Shown: one piece after another, positions 44,053 through 54,002 of the stretch
Position numbering within the stretch: the stretch's first letter is position 1
How the letters are laid out: every line of letters starts with the position of its first letter
From: Candidatus Latescibacterota bacterium
GTDB taxonomy: Bacteria; Latescibacterota; UBA2968; GCA-2709665
DNA: 64,000 nt
Reading direction: 5' to 3'
NCBI GenBank assembly: GCA_965208835.1
Contig: OZ242358.1
Span: 1,216,001-1,280,000, forward strand
Program-made: the position numbers and the translations under genes
Notes under the pieces: generated by a model
Told to the model about the DNA's origin: nothing
The model's input: only the letters and a program-made list of their open reading frames with translations
The model's database searches: none

Positions 44053-46335
44053 ATGGAAATCCCGGTTGTAAATTTCAAGGGTCGAACAGCAATTGTCCTG
44101 GTATTGGCTATATACGGTTTCGACCTGACAAACAACTCGAATTTGGCTCACGCCGCGCCTGCACAGCCTGAAACACCAACGCTCTTCGTTGATTACGATG
44201 ACCGTGTGCTGGACAGCTACATCGGCGCCAGCGCTGAACTGACCGCTACCACGAATTCCGTTTCCGGCGCCGCGCGGTACGAGTGGGATATTCTGGACAA
44301 AACCGTTATGACCACGAGACCGTCGGTAACCAGGGGGGTTTCAGTATTCGGTTCTTCAACCACAGCATCGGTAAAGGTTCGGGCCGTCGATAGTGAGGGG
44401 AGCGCTGGTCCGTGGAGCAATACATCGTCACGCAGCATCTATTCGTCCGCGCCCCGGCCGAAGACGCCAGCCGTGAGTTTCAACAAAGAAGGCAATACAA
44501 TTGCAATTTCAGGTTATAAGTACACGAATGCCACGGAATACAGCATCAAGATCACCAATCCTCGCGGAGGCTCAACGAGAGAGACGGTAACGGAAACGGA
44601 GTACGCCTATGCCGTTTCATTGTCCGATCCCTCAGGTACCTGGAGGGTCTCCGTACAAGCCAGGACGGCCACACACCGCACCGCTTTCTCACGAAGCGCG
44701 ATTCTGGCCGTAAATGTGCCGGAACGGCCGGTGGAACTTGCGGCAGAAGCCGGCAACGGGCAGGTGACGCTCACCTGGAAAGACCCGAATGACGAGAGAA
44801 TTACCAAATACCAGGTGACAGTGGACTTTGGAGAGTGGAGAGACATTGAGGACAGCCACGCGTCGACAACCTCCCACACGGTTGAGCAGCTTACCAACGG
44901 TACGGAGTATCGTTTTCAGATCCGTGCGGTGAGTGACGGCGGCGCGAGCGAAGCGTCGGACACCGTATCGGCAACCCCGGTAGCCCTGCCCAAGCCTACC
45001 GGACTGGAAGCAGCATCCGACGACGGGCAGGTGACGCTCACGTGGGATGGCCCGGGAAATGCGAACATTGTGCACTATCAGTTGCGGGTGGACCGTGGGG
45101 AGTGGTCGAGGATGGAGGGCAGTCATGCAGGCACGACCAGCCACACGGTGAGGAATCTAAGGAACGGCACGGAATATCGTTTTCAGATCCGAGCAGTCAG
45201 CGTGGATGGTGTGGGAGAGGCGTCGGATCCGGTCACGGCGTTTCCCGGTTCCGCTCCTGAGTTAAGGGCATCCACGGAATCGCCCTTGACCGAAGCGACC
45301 CTCGCGGGAAGCGTGGTCAAGCTCATACTGAACGGGCGAACGTTTGAGCGATGGAACAGCGTCAGAAACAACGTCACAGTATCCGGCATCGACGGTGTGT
45401 CGTTCAGATCTACAACGGACGTGGAGCGCGTGAGCGATACGGAGGTGGCGGTAAAGCTGAGCTTCAGCGGCAATATCGATTCCGATACCACGCTGGTGTT
45501 CACCGCAGGCGCGGGTGCGATATCGGGCTACAACGGTCCGGCTCTCACAGCGCGGATATCGGTTGCCGCGGTAACAGAGACCTTAGTCGCGTCAACCGCG
45601 CAACCGTTGACGGAGGCAACACTGAACGGAAGCGTGGTGACGTTGACGCTGGGCAGCGGCACGTTTGAGCGATGGAATGACGTCAGAAATAACCTGAGGG
45701 TCTCGGGTATCGACGGTGTGAGTTTCAGGTCTTCGACGGACGTGGAGCGCGTGAGCGATACGGAGGTGACAGTCAAGCTGAGCTTCAGCGGCAATATCGA
45801 TTCCGATACCACGCTGGTCTTCACCGTAGGCGCGGGTGCGATATCGGGCTACAACGGTTCCGCCCTGACGGCAGAGATCTCGGTCACAGCCGACCACGAA
45901 GCGACCCCCGACTTCGACGGAGACGGGACGGTTGGCTTTCGGGACTTTTTGCTGTTTGCCAGTGTTTTCGGCACAAGCCGGGGCGATACCGAATACAGCG
46001 CGCGGTTCGATCTGGATGGAGACGATGCCGTCGGTTTCAGCGATTTTCTGATCTTCGCCGGGAGTTTCGGCAAAGACGTCACCTCATCCGGCGGTGACAA
46101 TGGGGGAGATGGCGGCAGCGGCCAGGCGTGCAACGTAGGGATGACTCTTGGTCCGGGAGAGGGATGCCAGGGCTCCGGATACAGTTTCCGGAACGACGCG
46201 GGCGTTCTTATCGGACAGGGTAACGTGGGTGGAATTTCGATAGAAAACGCCCGGTTCAGCGGCGGCAGTGTACGATTGAACCAGCTGCACCTGACCAGGA
46301 GCGGCAATGTCTGGACAATCGTGAGCCTGCCGTGA
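44053..46335 (+). CDS. Secreted fibronectin type III protein with two tandem Ig-like repeats, dockerin-like pair and C-terminal '...NVWTIVSLP' module
   Basis: FN3 motifs (GQVTLTW...LTNGTEYRFQIRAV) x2; two ~100-aa PLTEATL.GSVV..VERVSDTEV repeats; PDFDGDGTVGFRDF pair. Confidence 0.85.
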   Translation: MEIPVVNFKGRTAIVLVLAIYGFDLTNNSNLAHAAPAQPETPTLFVDYDDRVLDSYIGASAELTATTNSVSGAARYEWDILDKTVMTTRPSVTRGVSVFGSSTTASVKVRAVDSEGSAGPWSNTSSRSIYSSAPRPKTPAVSFNKEGNTIAISGYKYTNATEYSIKITNPRGGSTRETVTETEYAYAVSLSDPSGTWRVSVQARTATHRTAFSRSAILAVNVPERPVELAAEAGNGQVTLTWKDPNDERITKYQVTVDFGEWRDIEDSHASTTSHTVEQLTNGTEYRFQIRAVSDGGASEASDTVSATPVALPKPTGLEAASDDGQVTLTWDGPGNANIVHYQLRVDRGEWSRMEGSHAGTTSHTVRNLRNGTEYRFQIRAVSVDGVGEASDPVTAFPGSAPELRASTESPLTEATLAGSVVKLILNGRTFERWNSVRNNVTVSGIDGVSFRSTTDVERVSDTEVAVKLSFSGNIDSDTTLVFTAGAGAISGYNGPALTARISVAAVTETLVASTAQPLTEATLNGSVVTLTLGSGTFERWNDVRNNLRVSGIDGVSFRSSTDVERVSDTEVTVKLSFSGNIDSDTTLVFTVGAGAISGYNGSALTAEISVTADHEATPDFDGDGTVGFRDFLLFASVFGTSRGDTEYSARFDLDGDDAVGFSDFLIFAGSFGKDVTSSGGDNGGDGGSGQACNVGMTLGPGEGCQGSGYSFRNDAGVLIGQGNVGGISIENARFSGGSVRLNQLHLTRSGNVWTIVSLP

Positions 46336-46487
46336 CCATGGGGATCACGTCGTTTCCGGCACGACCGGAAGAATAATGCGGATTGTCGCTCGTGAAGTCC
46401 AGTGGACTGCCAGTGCCATTTGTCGCGGCGACGCAATAGAGATGGGATCTGCCGCATTACCATGGGCTTCCTTCCGATCCGTACCGT

Positions 46488-48236
46488 TCACAGATCAACC
46501 CTAACCTCCCCCTTGAACGCGGCGACCGATTCCCACCGCTGGACCACGCCGTTTCCATCGTTTTCGAACACGGCAAGTACCAGGTCCACGTTCGCTTTTC
46601 CATCCAGGCTGACGCACACCGACGTGCCGTCGGGCGTTGACGCGGTTGCAATCCACGACTCGTCCCGGGCGCGGGTATATTCGGCGGCTTCGTCGTGGCC
46701 CACCCCCCGGATAGCGAATCGTTCCGTCCGCTGCGCCACCAGCGACAACCACCGGTCGATCTCCTCCAGAGTCAGCACGCCGAACTTCTGCTCGTGGGTC
46801 GTGATCTCCGAGAAGAACCCGCTGTCCAGCGCCAGGCGGACCGAGCCGCCCGCCCGTTCCGCGGCCTTGTCCATATCATTGGTCGGATTGTCTCCTGCCC
46901 AGGTCGTACAGCCCGTCAGCACGTCGGGCTCCACGAGGTGGCGCGGGAGCATGGCGCCGATGTTGTACATCTCCGGGTCTTCGGGGACATAGTCATAGAA
47001 CAGGCTGTTGAGACCGTACGGCCACCAGTTGGGGAACAGCCGCTCCCACTTCACCTGTCCCAGGTGGTAGGTCGAATAGACGAAGGTCCGCCCCCTGGCC
47101 TTCAGGTAGGGAAGGACGCGCACGCCCACCTCGCCCCAGTGAAATGCGGCGCGGCGCGGCGGCTTCAGGCCCCTTTCATCGTACCAGTGGTCCACCCGCT
47201 GGAAGATTTCCTTCAGTTCAGCGTCGCTGTACTCGCCGATGCCGAAATCGAACGGGATCAGCCGGTAATAGTCGAAGGCATGCGCGTCCCAGTCCACCTG
47301 ACCGGCCTTGTATCGGCCGCGCATGAACGGCACCACTTCGTCCGGAACGAGGTTCAGGAAGCAGGAGATCATCGGCCGGTAACCGTGCCGGTTCATCACC
47401 TCCGTATAGCGGAAATCGTGGCGGCCCCTGCCGTCGTCCACCCGGATGGTCACGAAGGGTGGCATCATCTGCGCGACGAATGGCTTGCGCGCCGCCCAGA
47501 CGATGGCGCGCCAGAAGAACGCGTCCAGCCCCATCGCGTGGCCAAGAAACTCCTGGTGCCAGATGCGGGGCGAACAGGCAAATTGCACCGCCCGGCCGCT
47601 GCCGCATGCCCCGGCCAGCACGGCTGGAAACTGGTCCGGCTCGTAGGCCGTCCCCGGCACATTGTGGCGTGAGAAGATGAGCTGATCCTTGCCCATCGCA
47701 GCCTGCGCCAGCTCTACGACGTGCCGCCCCACGCGCTTGATTTGCGCAATGGTCACGGGTCGCTTCAGCCGGACCATGCTGCCCGCCTGCTGCGTCCAGT
47801 TGATGAAGTGGTCTTCGCCCCCGATACGCAGCAGGTCCGAAGCCATCGGGATCCGGTCAACCTCCAGCCCGAACAGCCGAAGCAGCGGCGGTTTGTACAG
47901 CCGCAGTTCGCCGTCGAAATTGACCAGGCCCATACCAGTTTCTTCCACGCCCGCGGTGAGCAGTTCCGTTTCCTCGTACGATAGGGATTCGCCCAGGCGC
48001 GCCTGTGCGATAACCGTCGCCGCCGAGCCTTCGAGCAGTCCGGTAGTCAGGGGCCCTGTGGCCAGGTCGTGAATTCTGAAAGGAAACCCGAAATGCTGTA
48101 AGGCAACCAGTACTGTCTGATCCACGATGCTCGTATCCGTGTAGCTTCCCCTGCTGTCCACGAGTACCAGCAGGGCCCGGTTCCCCGCGCTCTCACGCCG
48201 GGGGCGCTGCACCATTTCTCGTGGTGAGAATCGCAT
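46488..48236 (-). CDS. Hypothetical protein, possible polysaccharide-deacetylase-like domain
   Basis: 582-aa ORF with host-like codon use; FVTIRVDD and WDAH motifs resemble NodB/CE4 folds. Confidence 0.65.
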   Translation of the reverse strand: MRFSPREMVQRPRRESAGNRALLVLVDSRGSYTDTSIVDQTVLVALQHFGFPFRIHDLATGPLTTGLLEGSAATVIAQARLGESLSYEETELLTAGVEETGMGLVNFDGELRLYKPPLLRLFGLEVDRIPMASDLLRIGGEDHFINWTQQAGSMVRLKRPVTIAQIKRVGRHVVELAQAAMGKDQLIFSRHNVPGTAYEPDQFPAVLAGACGSGRAVQFACSPRIWHQEFLGHAMGLDAFFWRAIVWAARKPFVAQMMPPFVTIRVDDGRGRHDFRYTEVMNRHGYRPMISCFLNLVPDEVVPFMRGRYKAGQVDWDAHAFDYYRLIPFDFGIGEYSDAELKEIFQRVDHWYDERGLKPPRRAAFHWGEVGVRVLPYLKARGRTFVYSTYHLGQVKWERLFPNWWPYGLNSLFYDYVPEDPEMYNIGAMLPRHLVEPDVLTGCTTWAGDNPTNDMDKAAERAGGSVRLALDSGFFSEITTHEQKFGVLTLEEIDRWLSLVAQRTERFAIRGVGHDEAAEYTRARDESWIATASTPDGTSVCVSLDGKANVDLVLAVFENDGNGVVQRWESVAAFKGEVRVDL

Positions 48237-48380
48237 TGGATGTCCCCTGTTTGAAATATGCCATTCGGTTTGCCCTGATCGGCCGACCGGCCATTCCGGG
48301 CTTTGCGAAGAAGCCGTGGACGTGCCGCCACTCAGGTTTCGCCAAATGGAAGTCGCGCGGCGATGATCCTATGCTGCAGT

Positions 48381-48480
48381 AGATCCTTCGTCGGCCCTGG
48401 GGCCTCCTCTGGATGACAGTGGGAGGCAACATGCTTGACTATCGGCCGGCATGTCATTCAGAGCGGAGCGAAGAATCTCC
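48381..48480. repeat. REP-like half-sites (AGATCCTTCG...GGATGACA and TGTCATTC.GAGCG.AGCGAAGAATCT)
   Basis: Match a widespread intergenic palindromic repeat type recognised from memory; single occurrence in the window. Confidence 0.45.
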
Positions 48481-48593
48481 CGTCTTCGCGACTGTATGTG
48501 TAGCATATGGTCTTCGTAGACGAACCTGTGCGCGGAGACAGCGACCGCATCGAAGCGGGCAGACAGGAATGTACGCCCCACTAGACGCCAGCG

Positions 48594-49229
48594 TCAATCT
48601 GATTCCAAAGTCAGAACCCGGTTGATATCCGTCTCCGCGATTCGGCCGGGGCGGAGGATTCGTGGATGCCGGACGGAGACGTCGACGAGGGTGGAGGGAC
48701 GCGGATCAGGCGCCGTGCCGCCGTCCAGGATCAGGTCGACGCGGTCGCCAAGGACATTGGCGGCATCCTGCGCGCTTCGGGCGGGGGGCCTGCCCGACAG
48801 GTTGGCGCTGGTGCTGGTTATGGGGCCGCCGACATGGCGCACCAATGCGTTGGCGATCGTCGCGTCGGACATGCGGAGGGCTATTGTGGGGGTGGATCCG
48901 AGCAGGTGCTCAGGAAGGCCGGGCGAGGCGGCGAATACGAGCGTGAGGGGTCCGGGCCAGAATGCTTCCATAAGGGTTTCCGCGGCAAAAGGGACCTCTG
49001 CAGCAAGCGCTTCCAGGTCCTGCCTTCTCTGGATGAGCAGAATAAGCCCCTTTTCCGCCTCACGGCCCTTCAGCGCGAAGATACGGTTGAAGGCGGAAGG
49101 GTTGAAGGGATCGGCACCCAGACCGTATACGGTCTCTGTGGGGTAGACAATGACGCCTCCCGATTGTATCCGGTCAGCCGCCTGAGCGATTCCGGACTCA
49201 TCGGCCGCAATGAAGGATGCCGGTTTCAC
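48594..49229 (-). CDS. tsaC: L-threonylcarbamoyladenylate synthase (YrdC/Sua5)
   Basis: YPTETVYGLG, KGR, FWPGPLT, ITSTSANLSG, PSTLVD, ILRPG. Confidence 0.93.
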   Translation of the reverse strand: MKPASFIAADESGIAQAADRIQSGGVIVYPTETVYGLGADPFNPSAFNRIFALKGREAEKGLILLIQRRQDLEALAAEVPFAAETLMEAFWPGPLTLVFAASPGLPEHLLGSTPTIALRMSDATIANALVRHVGGPITSTSANLSGRPPARSAQDAANVLGDRVDLILDGGTAPDPRPSTLVDVSVRHPRILRPGRIAETDINRVLTLESD

Positions 49230-52200
49230 CGCCCGCCGCCGCTTCCCGGCCAGAATCGGACCGACGGCGGTCTCTTTTCGTACGCCGCGACAAAGGCAAG
49301 GAAATCCCCGAATCCAACCGTTCCGTTGCCGTCGAGGTCAAAGCGCATATCTGCGGAACCAAAGGCCTGTGCGAAGAGGATGAAGTCGGCAAAGTCGACG
49401 GCGCCGTCACTATTGAAGTCGGCTGCGCCGTCGGATGGGACTTCGGGAGGAGGCGGATCCGTCTCAGGCTCTTGCTGGTATTCGGCGGGATATTCGACGG
49501 TGAGTTCCAGGATACGATGATTGTTCGTATCGGCAATGTAGACCCTGCCGTCCGGACCGATTGCGACGCCTGATGGACCATTGAGCGAAGTCTCGGTTGC
49601 GGCGCCCCCGGGTTGATCGAATCCGGCGACACCCGTGCCCGCCACCGTCTGGATAATGCCCAGGTTCAGGTTGATAACACGCACCCGATGGTTTCCGGTA
49701 TCCGCAATATACAGATTCCCTTTGTTATCAACTGCAACATCGTCCGGGCTGCTCAGCACGGTTCTGGCGGCGGGTCCCCCGTCACGTGCATAACCCGACT
49801 CACCGGTTCCCGCGACGGTGGAAATCGTCCCGTCGGTATCCACCATGCGGATGCGATGGTTACCGGTGTCGGCGATGTACACTCGGCCATGTTCGTCTGC
49901 AGCCACGCCCCGGGGTCCGTTCAGCGCTGCCAGAGTGGCCGGGCCTCCGTCGCCTGAGAATCCCTCTTCAAAGCTTCCCGCAACGGTGGTGATTATGCCG
50001 GTGCTATCCAGCTTTCTGACTCGATGATTGAAGCGCTCGGCGATCCAGACGTTGCCCATCGAATCCGCGGCTACCCCCATGGGACCGGAGAGGTTCGCGT
50101 TGACGCCTGGGCGTCCGTCGCCGCCATAGCCGGGGATGTCCTTGCCGGCAAAGGAGAGGATATTACCGGTTTGGACATTGATCCGGCGCACGATATGTGC
50201 GCTTTGTTCGGCGATGATGAGATCTCCATCGGGCGTCAGTGCGAGGCCGCGGGGACCACCGAGGCTGGCGTCAGCGGCAGGCCCGCCGGTGCCGGTCGCA
50301 AATCCGATACCATTTCCGGCGATCGTTTGAATGGCGCCATCACTTCCAACCCTTCGGACCCTGTGGTTTCCCGTATCGGATATGTAAAACGTGCCCGACG
50401 CATCGACAGCGACGTTTCTCGGTGTGTTCAAGAATGCATCGGTCGCGGGGCCCCCGTCGCCCCCAAAACTCCCCTGTTCCCCGACCGTGCCGGCAACGGT
50501 GCGGAGATCCGTGTTGCGGGCACCGATTGGCGGCAGCAGGTTGATAGTGATCCTTTCGGGAGGAAGTCCTTCCAATCGCGCAAATGCGACGACGTCACCT
50601 GGCGTTGTCCCTGCCTGAAAGCGGATCGTCGCCAGTCCGTCCCGTACGGCAACCGAGTTGCCGCCGACGAAAACACCGTCACCGGACTCGACGCCGAATA
50701 TCAGGAGCCGGTTGTTGATTAGCAGGGCTTCGCCCCGGGCGTCCAGGAACCGAGCGATAATTTCGATCTGGGCCTCCCCGTTGGCCGCCAGCGCGCCTGC
50801 CGCCGCTTCCAGCGCAATCCGATCGGGTGGGGGCGGCGTGGCTTCGGTCAGGTCCAGCACCGTGTTCGCAGCGATGTTGTACATTCGCTGAGCGATGCCC
50901 GAAGGCCATCGAACCGTGAGTGTGTCGACTCTTTCGGCGTCGCCAAGGCCGAATGCCGCGGTAAGGGCGTCTTGCGACAGATAGGATGCGCCGCCCGTGA
51001 TTTCACGAATCGCCCGGCGTCCTTCGAAGGCAATTTCGAATCGGGTGCCGATGGCGTCGGAACTGCTTTTCGTGCCGCGCGGGCGAATGGCCAGCCAGTT
51101 ACCGTTGGACTCCTGATTCTGGAAAAGATAGTCACCGCTGTCTTGCACGGCCACGAAGATGTCCAGTCCGCCGTCGCCGTTGAAGTCCGCCAGCGCTACA
51201 CCCCGGCTGTTGGCACCGCCGGCGACGCGGAAAGAATCGGCAACGTCTATAAACGTCTCGCCGTCGTTACGGAAGAGGTTGTTCTTCTGTCCTGCGTTGG
51301 ACACGTAGAGATCCAGGTCGCTGTCGTTGTCGAAATCGCCCCAGACGGCGCCCCTGCTGCGTGCCGTGTCCGGGCCCGTCACATTGAAGCTCGCGCTGGA
51401 TTCCAGGAACTGACCGCTGGAATTGACATAAAGACGGTTGCCTTCTTCGTAGTATGACACGTAGAGATCCAGGTCTCCGTCGTTATCGAAGTCTCCCCAA
51501 CTTGCACCGAAACTGGGGCCGCCCAACCCCGCTTCCTCCACGCCGGCCTCGGACGTGACATCCACAAAACTGCCCCCATCGTTTCGGAATAGCCTGTTGG
51601 GCCCGCTGTTGGCGAGAAAGAGGTCCGGATCGCCGTCGCTGTCATAGTCCGCCCAGGCGGGCTGTAGACTGCTGTTGGCGTCGGCGAGACCGGTCTCCGC
51701 GGCGGCTTCCACAAAGCCGGCGCCTTCATTGCGATAGAAACGGTTCTCGCCGAAGTTGACCACGTAAAGGTCGGGGTCGCCGTCCCGGTCTACGTCCGCC
51801 CACGCAGCCCCGTATCCGTCTCCGCCGTCGTCCACCCCGGCTTCAGCAGCGACATCGGTGAAGTGGTTGCCGTCGTTTCGGTACAGCCGGTTCGGCTGTC
51901 CGTAGTTGGTGACGTAGAGGTCCAAGTCACCGTCGCCGTCATAGTCTGCCCAGGCAGCTGCGCTCCCGTCGCCGTCGTCCGCGCCGGCCACGCCGGCAGG
52001 AGCGGAAAGCTCGATAAACCGGCTACCCTCGTTCCGGTAGAGCAGATTGGACTGCAGGCTGCGTACCAAATAGAGATCGGGGTCGCCGTCGCTGTCGTAA
52101 TCCGCCCACGCGGCGCCGAACCCCGTACCCAGGTCCGCCATGCCCAGATCCTCCGCCGCATCGACGAATCCGCCGGGTTTGGAGGGCCGGCCCACGCCCT

Positions 52201-53950
52201 GGACGCGGATGGCTTTCTCAGGATCATCGGGATCGTTGCTGAAGAGCGTGAGTACCGCACGCTGGATCCCCTCCTGCGCAGGACGGAAGACAACGTCCAC
52301 GGTCCGTCTCTGACTCGACGGAATGCGCAGGGTGTCGCCGAGACCAATGGAGAACTGCTCGGTGTCCGACAGCTCGGAACGGTAAACGGTGAGTACGCCG
52401 GCGCCCAGATTCGCCACGCGTAACACGAATACCCGATCGTGACCGATGAACGTCCGATCGAATTCGATGCTTTCGGGAAACACGCCAATGTCGGGCGCCG
52501 CGCCGGTCCCCGAGAGTGTGACGGTGAGGGTTGGATGCCAGGGGTCATTGGCACTGATCGTAAGCCGTCCTGCAACGACGCCCTCTGATCGGGGGCTGAA
52601 CCTGACTCGGATTTCAGACTGTTCGTACGGATCGATTTCGACCGGGAAATCGTCGAGCAGTATGAACGCGGCCTGGTCGGTCGTGGCGTCGTCCAGCGTG
52701 AGCGTTCTCGCGCCGAGATTCTCAATGGTAATCGTACGGGTTTCCTGATCGCCGACGACGACCGGCTGAAACTCGATACTGGTGGTCGTCGTACGGAGGA
52801 CGGGCGAGCGGAAGGCAGGGTCGATCAGTTTTCGGATGAGACTGTTGCCCGTATCGGCGATGATGAGATCGCCGTCCGGGGCAAGCCCCACGCGAGTGGG
52901 TTCGCGGAGTTCGGCGAGCGGAGCGGCCCCCCCCTCACCGGCGTTTCCGGCGATGCCCGTCCCTGCGAGGGTGACGATGACTCCTGAATTGGGGTCCACG
53001 GCACGAACACGGTTGTTGCCGGTATCTGATATATACAGGGTTCCGTCGTCGCCGACGGCCACGCCGCCTGGCAGATTGAGCCGGGCGCCGGTGGCCGGGC
53101 CGCCGTCGCCCGAGAATCCGCCGCCACCGCCGAAAACGGGACCGCGGCCGGCCACGGTGGTGATGATGCCCGTCTCCGCGTCTACGAGGCGGATGCGATA
53201 ATTGTTGAAGTCCGCGATAAAGACGTTGCCTTCCCCGTCCACGGCGACGTCTTCAACGGTCATGCCTGCCGCAGCCGCGGGTCCGTCATCGCCGCCGAAA
53301 GAGAATTCTCCACTACCCGCAAGCGTGTTGATGACGCCGGTGGCGGCGTCGATTCTGCGCACGCGATTGTTTCCCTGTCCCTGTCCATCCAGCCCGTCGG
53401 CGATATAAAGCCCACCACGGGGGCCCACTGCCAGGGCGACGATTTCACCGAGTACCGCAGAGAGCGCCGGGCCTCCATCACCGTCGAAACCGAACTCTCC
53501 ATTGCCGGCGATGGTGGTGATTATCCCCGTGGCGGCGTCGATGCGCCGGATGCGCCGGTTGCCCGTATCGCCGACATATACGTTGCCGGCCTCGTCGACT
53601 GCAACGCCCTGGGGCCTGTCCAGACGGGCTTCGCTGGCGGGTCCGCCGTCGCCCGCGAAACCGGATTCTCCGGTTCCGGCTGCGGTCGTGACCAGTCCAG
53701 TGACCGCATCCACCCTGCGGATGCGATGGGTTCCCGTATCGGCGATATAGACGTGGCCGTCGGCGTCTGTGGCGGCGCCCAGGGGGAGACTGAGTGCGAG
53801 ATCGGTTGCGGGGATATTCTCACCTTCCCGGTCCCCGCCGCCCGCAATGGTGACAAGGGTACCCCGGCGTTGGGCGAAAGATGCTTCAGCCAGCGCGAGC
53901 AGTACACCAAGGATGAACAGCGTTCTGTGGTTATTTCGAATGAGGTGCAT
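49226..53950 (-). CDS. Giant secreted protein: NHL propeller, 2x ASH/choice-of-anchor-D Ig, FG-GAP/VCBS repeats, ASPIC/UnbV, invasin-like Ig, second NHL propeller, C-terminal dockerin-like pair
   Basis: YIADTGNHRIR / GDGGPA repeats; AAWADYD.DGD.DLY repeats; GGASYLSQD..FGLG..VRWPSG; ADFNSDGAVDFADF...FDLDGNGTVGFGDF. Confidence 0.9.
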   Translation of the reverse strand: MHLIRNNHRTLFILGVLLALAEASFAQRRGTLVTIAGGGDREGENIPATDLALSLPLGAATDADGHVYIADTGTHRIRRVDAVTGLVTTAAGTGESGFAGDGGPASEARLDRPQGVAVDEAGNVYVGDTGNRRIRRIDAATGIITTIAGNGEFGFDGDGGPALSAVLGEIVALAVGPRGGLYIADGLDGQGQGNNRVRRIDAATGVINTLAGSGEFSFGGDDGPAAAAGMTVEDVAVDGEGNVFIADFNNYRIRLVDAETGIITTVAGRGPVFGGGGGFSGDGGPATGARLNLPGGVAVGDDGTLYISDTGNNRVRAVDPNSGVIVTLAGTGIAGNAGEGGAAPLAELREPTRVGLAPDGDLIIADTGNSLIRKLIDPAFRSPVLRTTTTSIEFQPVVVGDQETRTITIENLGARTLTLDDATTDQAAFILLDDFPVEIDPYEQSEIRVRFSPRSEGVVAGRLTISANDPWHPTLTVTLSGTGAAPDIGVFPESIEFDRTFIGHDRVFVLRVANLGAGVLTVYRSELSDTEQFSIGLGDTLRIPSSQRRTVDVVFRPAQEGIQRAVLTLFSNDPDDPEKAIRVQGVGRPSKPGGFVDAAEDLGMADLGTGFGAAWADYDSDGDPDLYLVRSLQSNLLYRNEGSRFIELSAPAGVAGADDGDGSAAAWADYDGDGDLDLYVTNYGQPNRLYRNDGNHFTDVAAEAGVDDGGDGYGAAWADVDRDGDPDLYVVNFGENRFYRNEGAGFVEAAAETGLADANSSLQPAWADYDSDGDPDLFLANSGPNRLFRNDGGSFVDVTSEAGVEEAGLGGPSFGASWGDFDNDGDLDLYVSYYEEGNRLYVNSSGQFLESSASFNVTGPDTARSRGAVWGDFDNDSDLDLYVSNAGQKNNLFRNDGETFIDVADSFRVAGGANSRGVALADFNGDGGLDIFVAVQDSGDYLFQNQESNGNWLAIRPRGTKSSSDAIGTRFEIAFEGRRAIREITGGASYLSQDALTAAFGLGDAERVDTLTVRWPSGIAQRMYNIAANTVLDLTEATPPPPDRIALEAAAGALAANGEAQIEIIARFLDARGEALLINNRLLIFGVESGDGVFVGGNSVAVRDGLATIRFQAGTTPGDVVAFARLEGLPPERITINLLPPIGARNTDLRTVAGTVGEQGSFGGDGGPATDAFLNTPRNVAVDASGTFYISDTGNHRVRRVGSDGAIQTIAGNGIGFATGTGGPAADASLGGPRGLALTPDGDLIIAEQSAHIVRRINVQTGNILSFAGKDIPGYGGDGRPGVNANLSGPMGVAADSMGNVWIAERFNHRVRKLDSTGIITTVAGSFEEGFSGDGGPATLAALNGPRGVAADEHGRVYIADTGNHRIRMVDTDGTISTVAGTGESGYARDGGPAARTVLSSPDDVAVDNKGNLYIADTGNHRVRVINLNLGIIQTVAGTGVAGFDQPGGAATETSLNGPSGVAIGPDGRVYIADTNNHRILELTVEYPAEYQQEPETDPPPPEVPSDGAADFNSDGAVDFADFILFAQAFGSADMRFDLDGNGTVGFGDFLAFVAAYEKRPPSVRFWPGSGGGR

Positions 53951-54002
53951 AGATTGGTATCGGGCGACGCCGTGTTGTGTTTCGCACGACTGGCCGCCGG
54001 GT

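Noticed and set aside
35746-46335. Diversity-generating retroelement (non-coding 38679-38860 as template, two gene C-termini as variable regions)
   Set aside because: Mismatches involve all four bases, are largely synonymous between the coding copies and include an indel; no adenine-specific pattern and no reverse transcriptase in the window
31533-46450. Prophage or integrative element
   Set aside because: No integrase, phage structural, conjugation or att features detected
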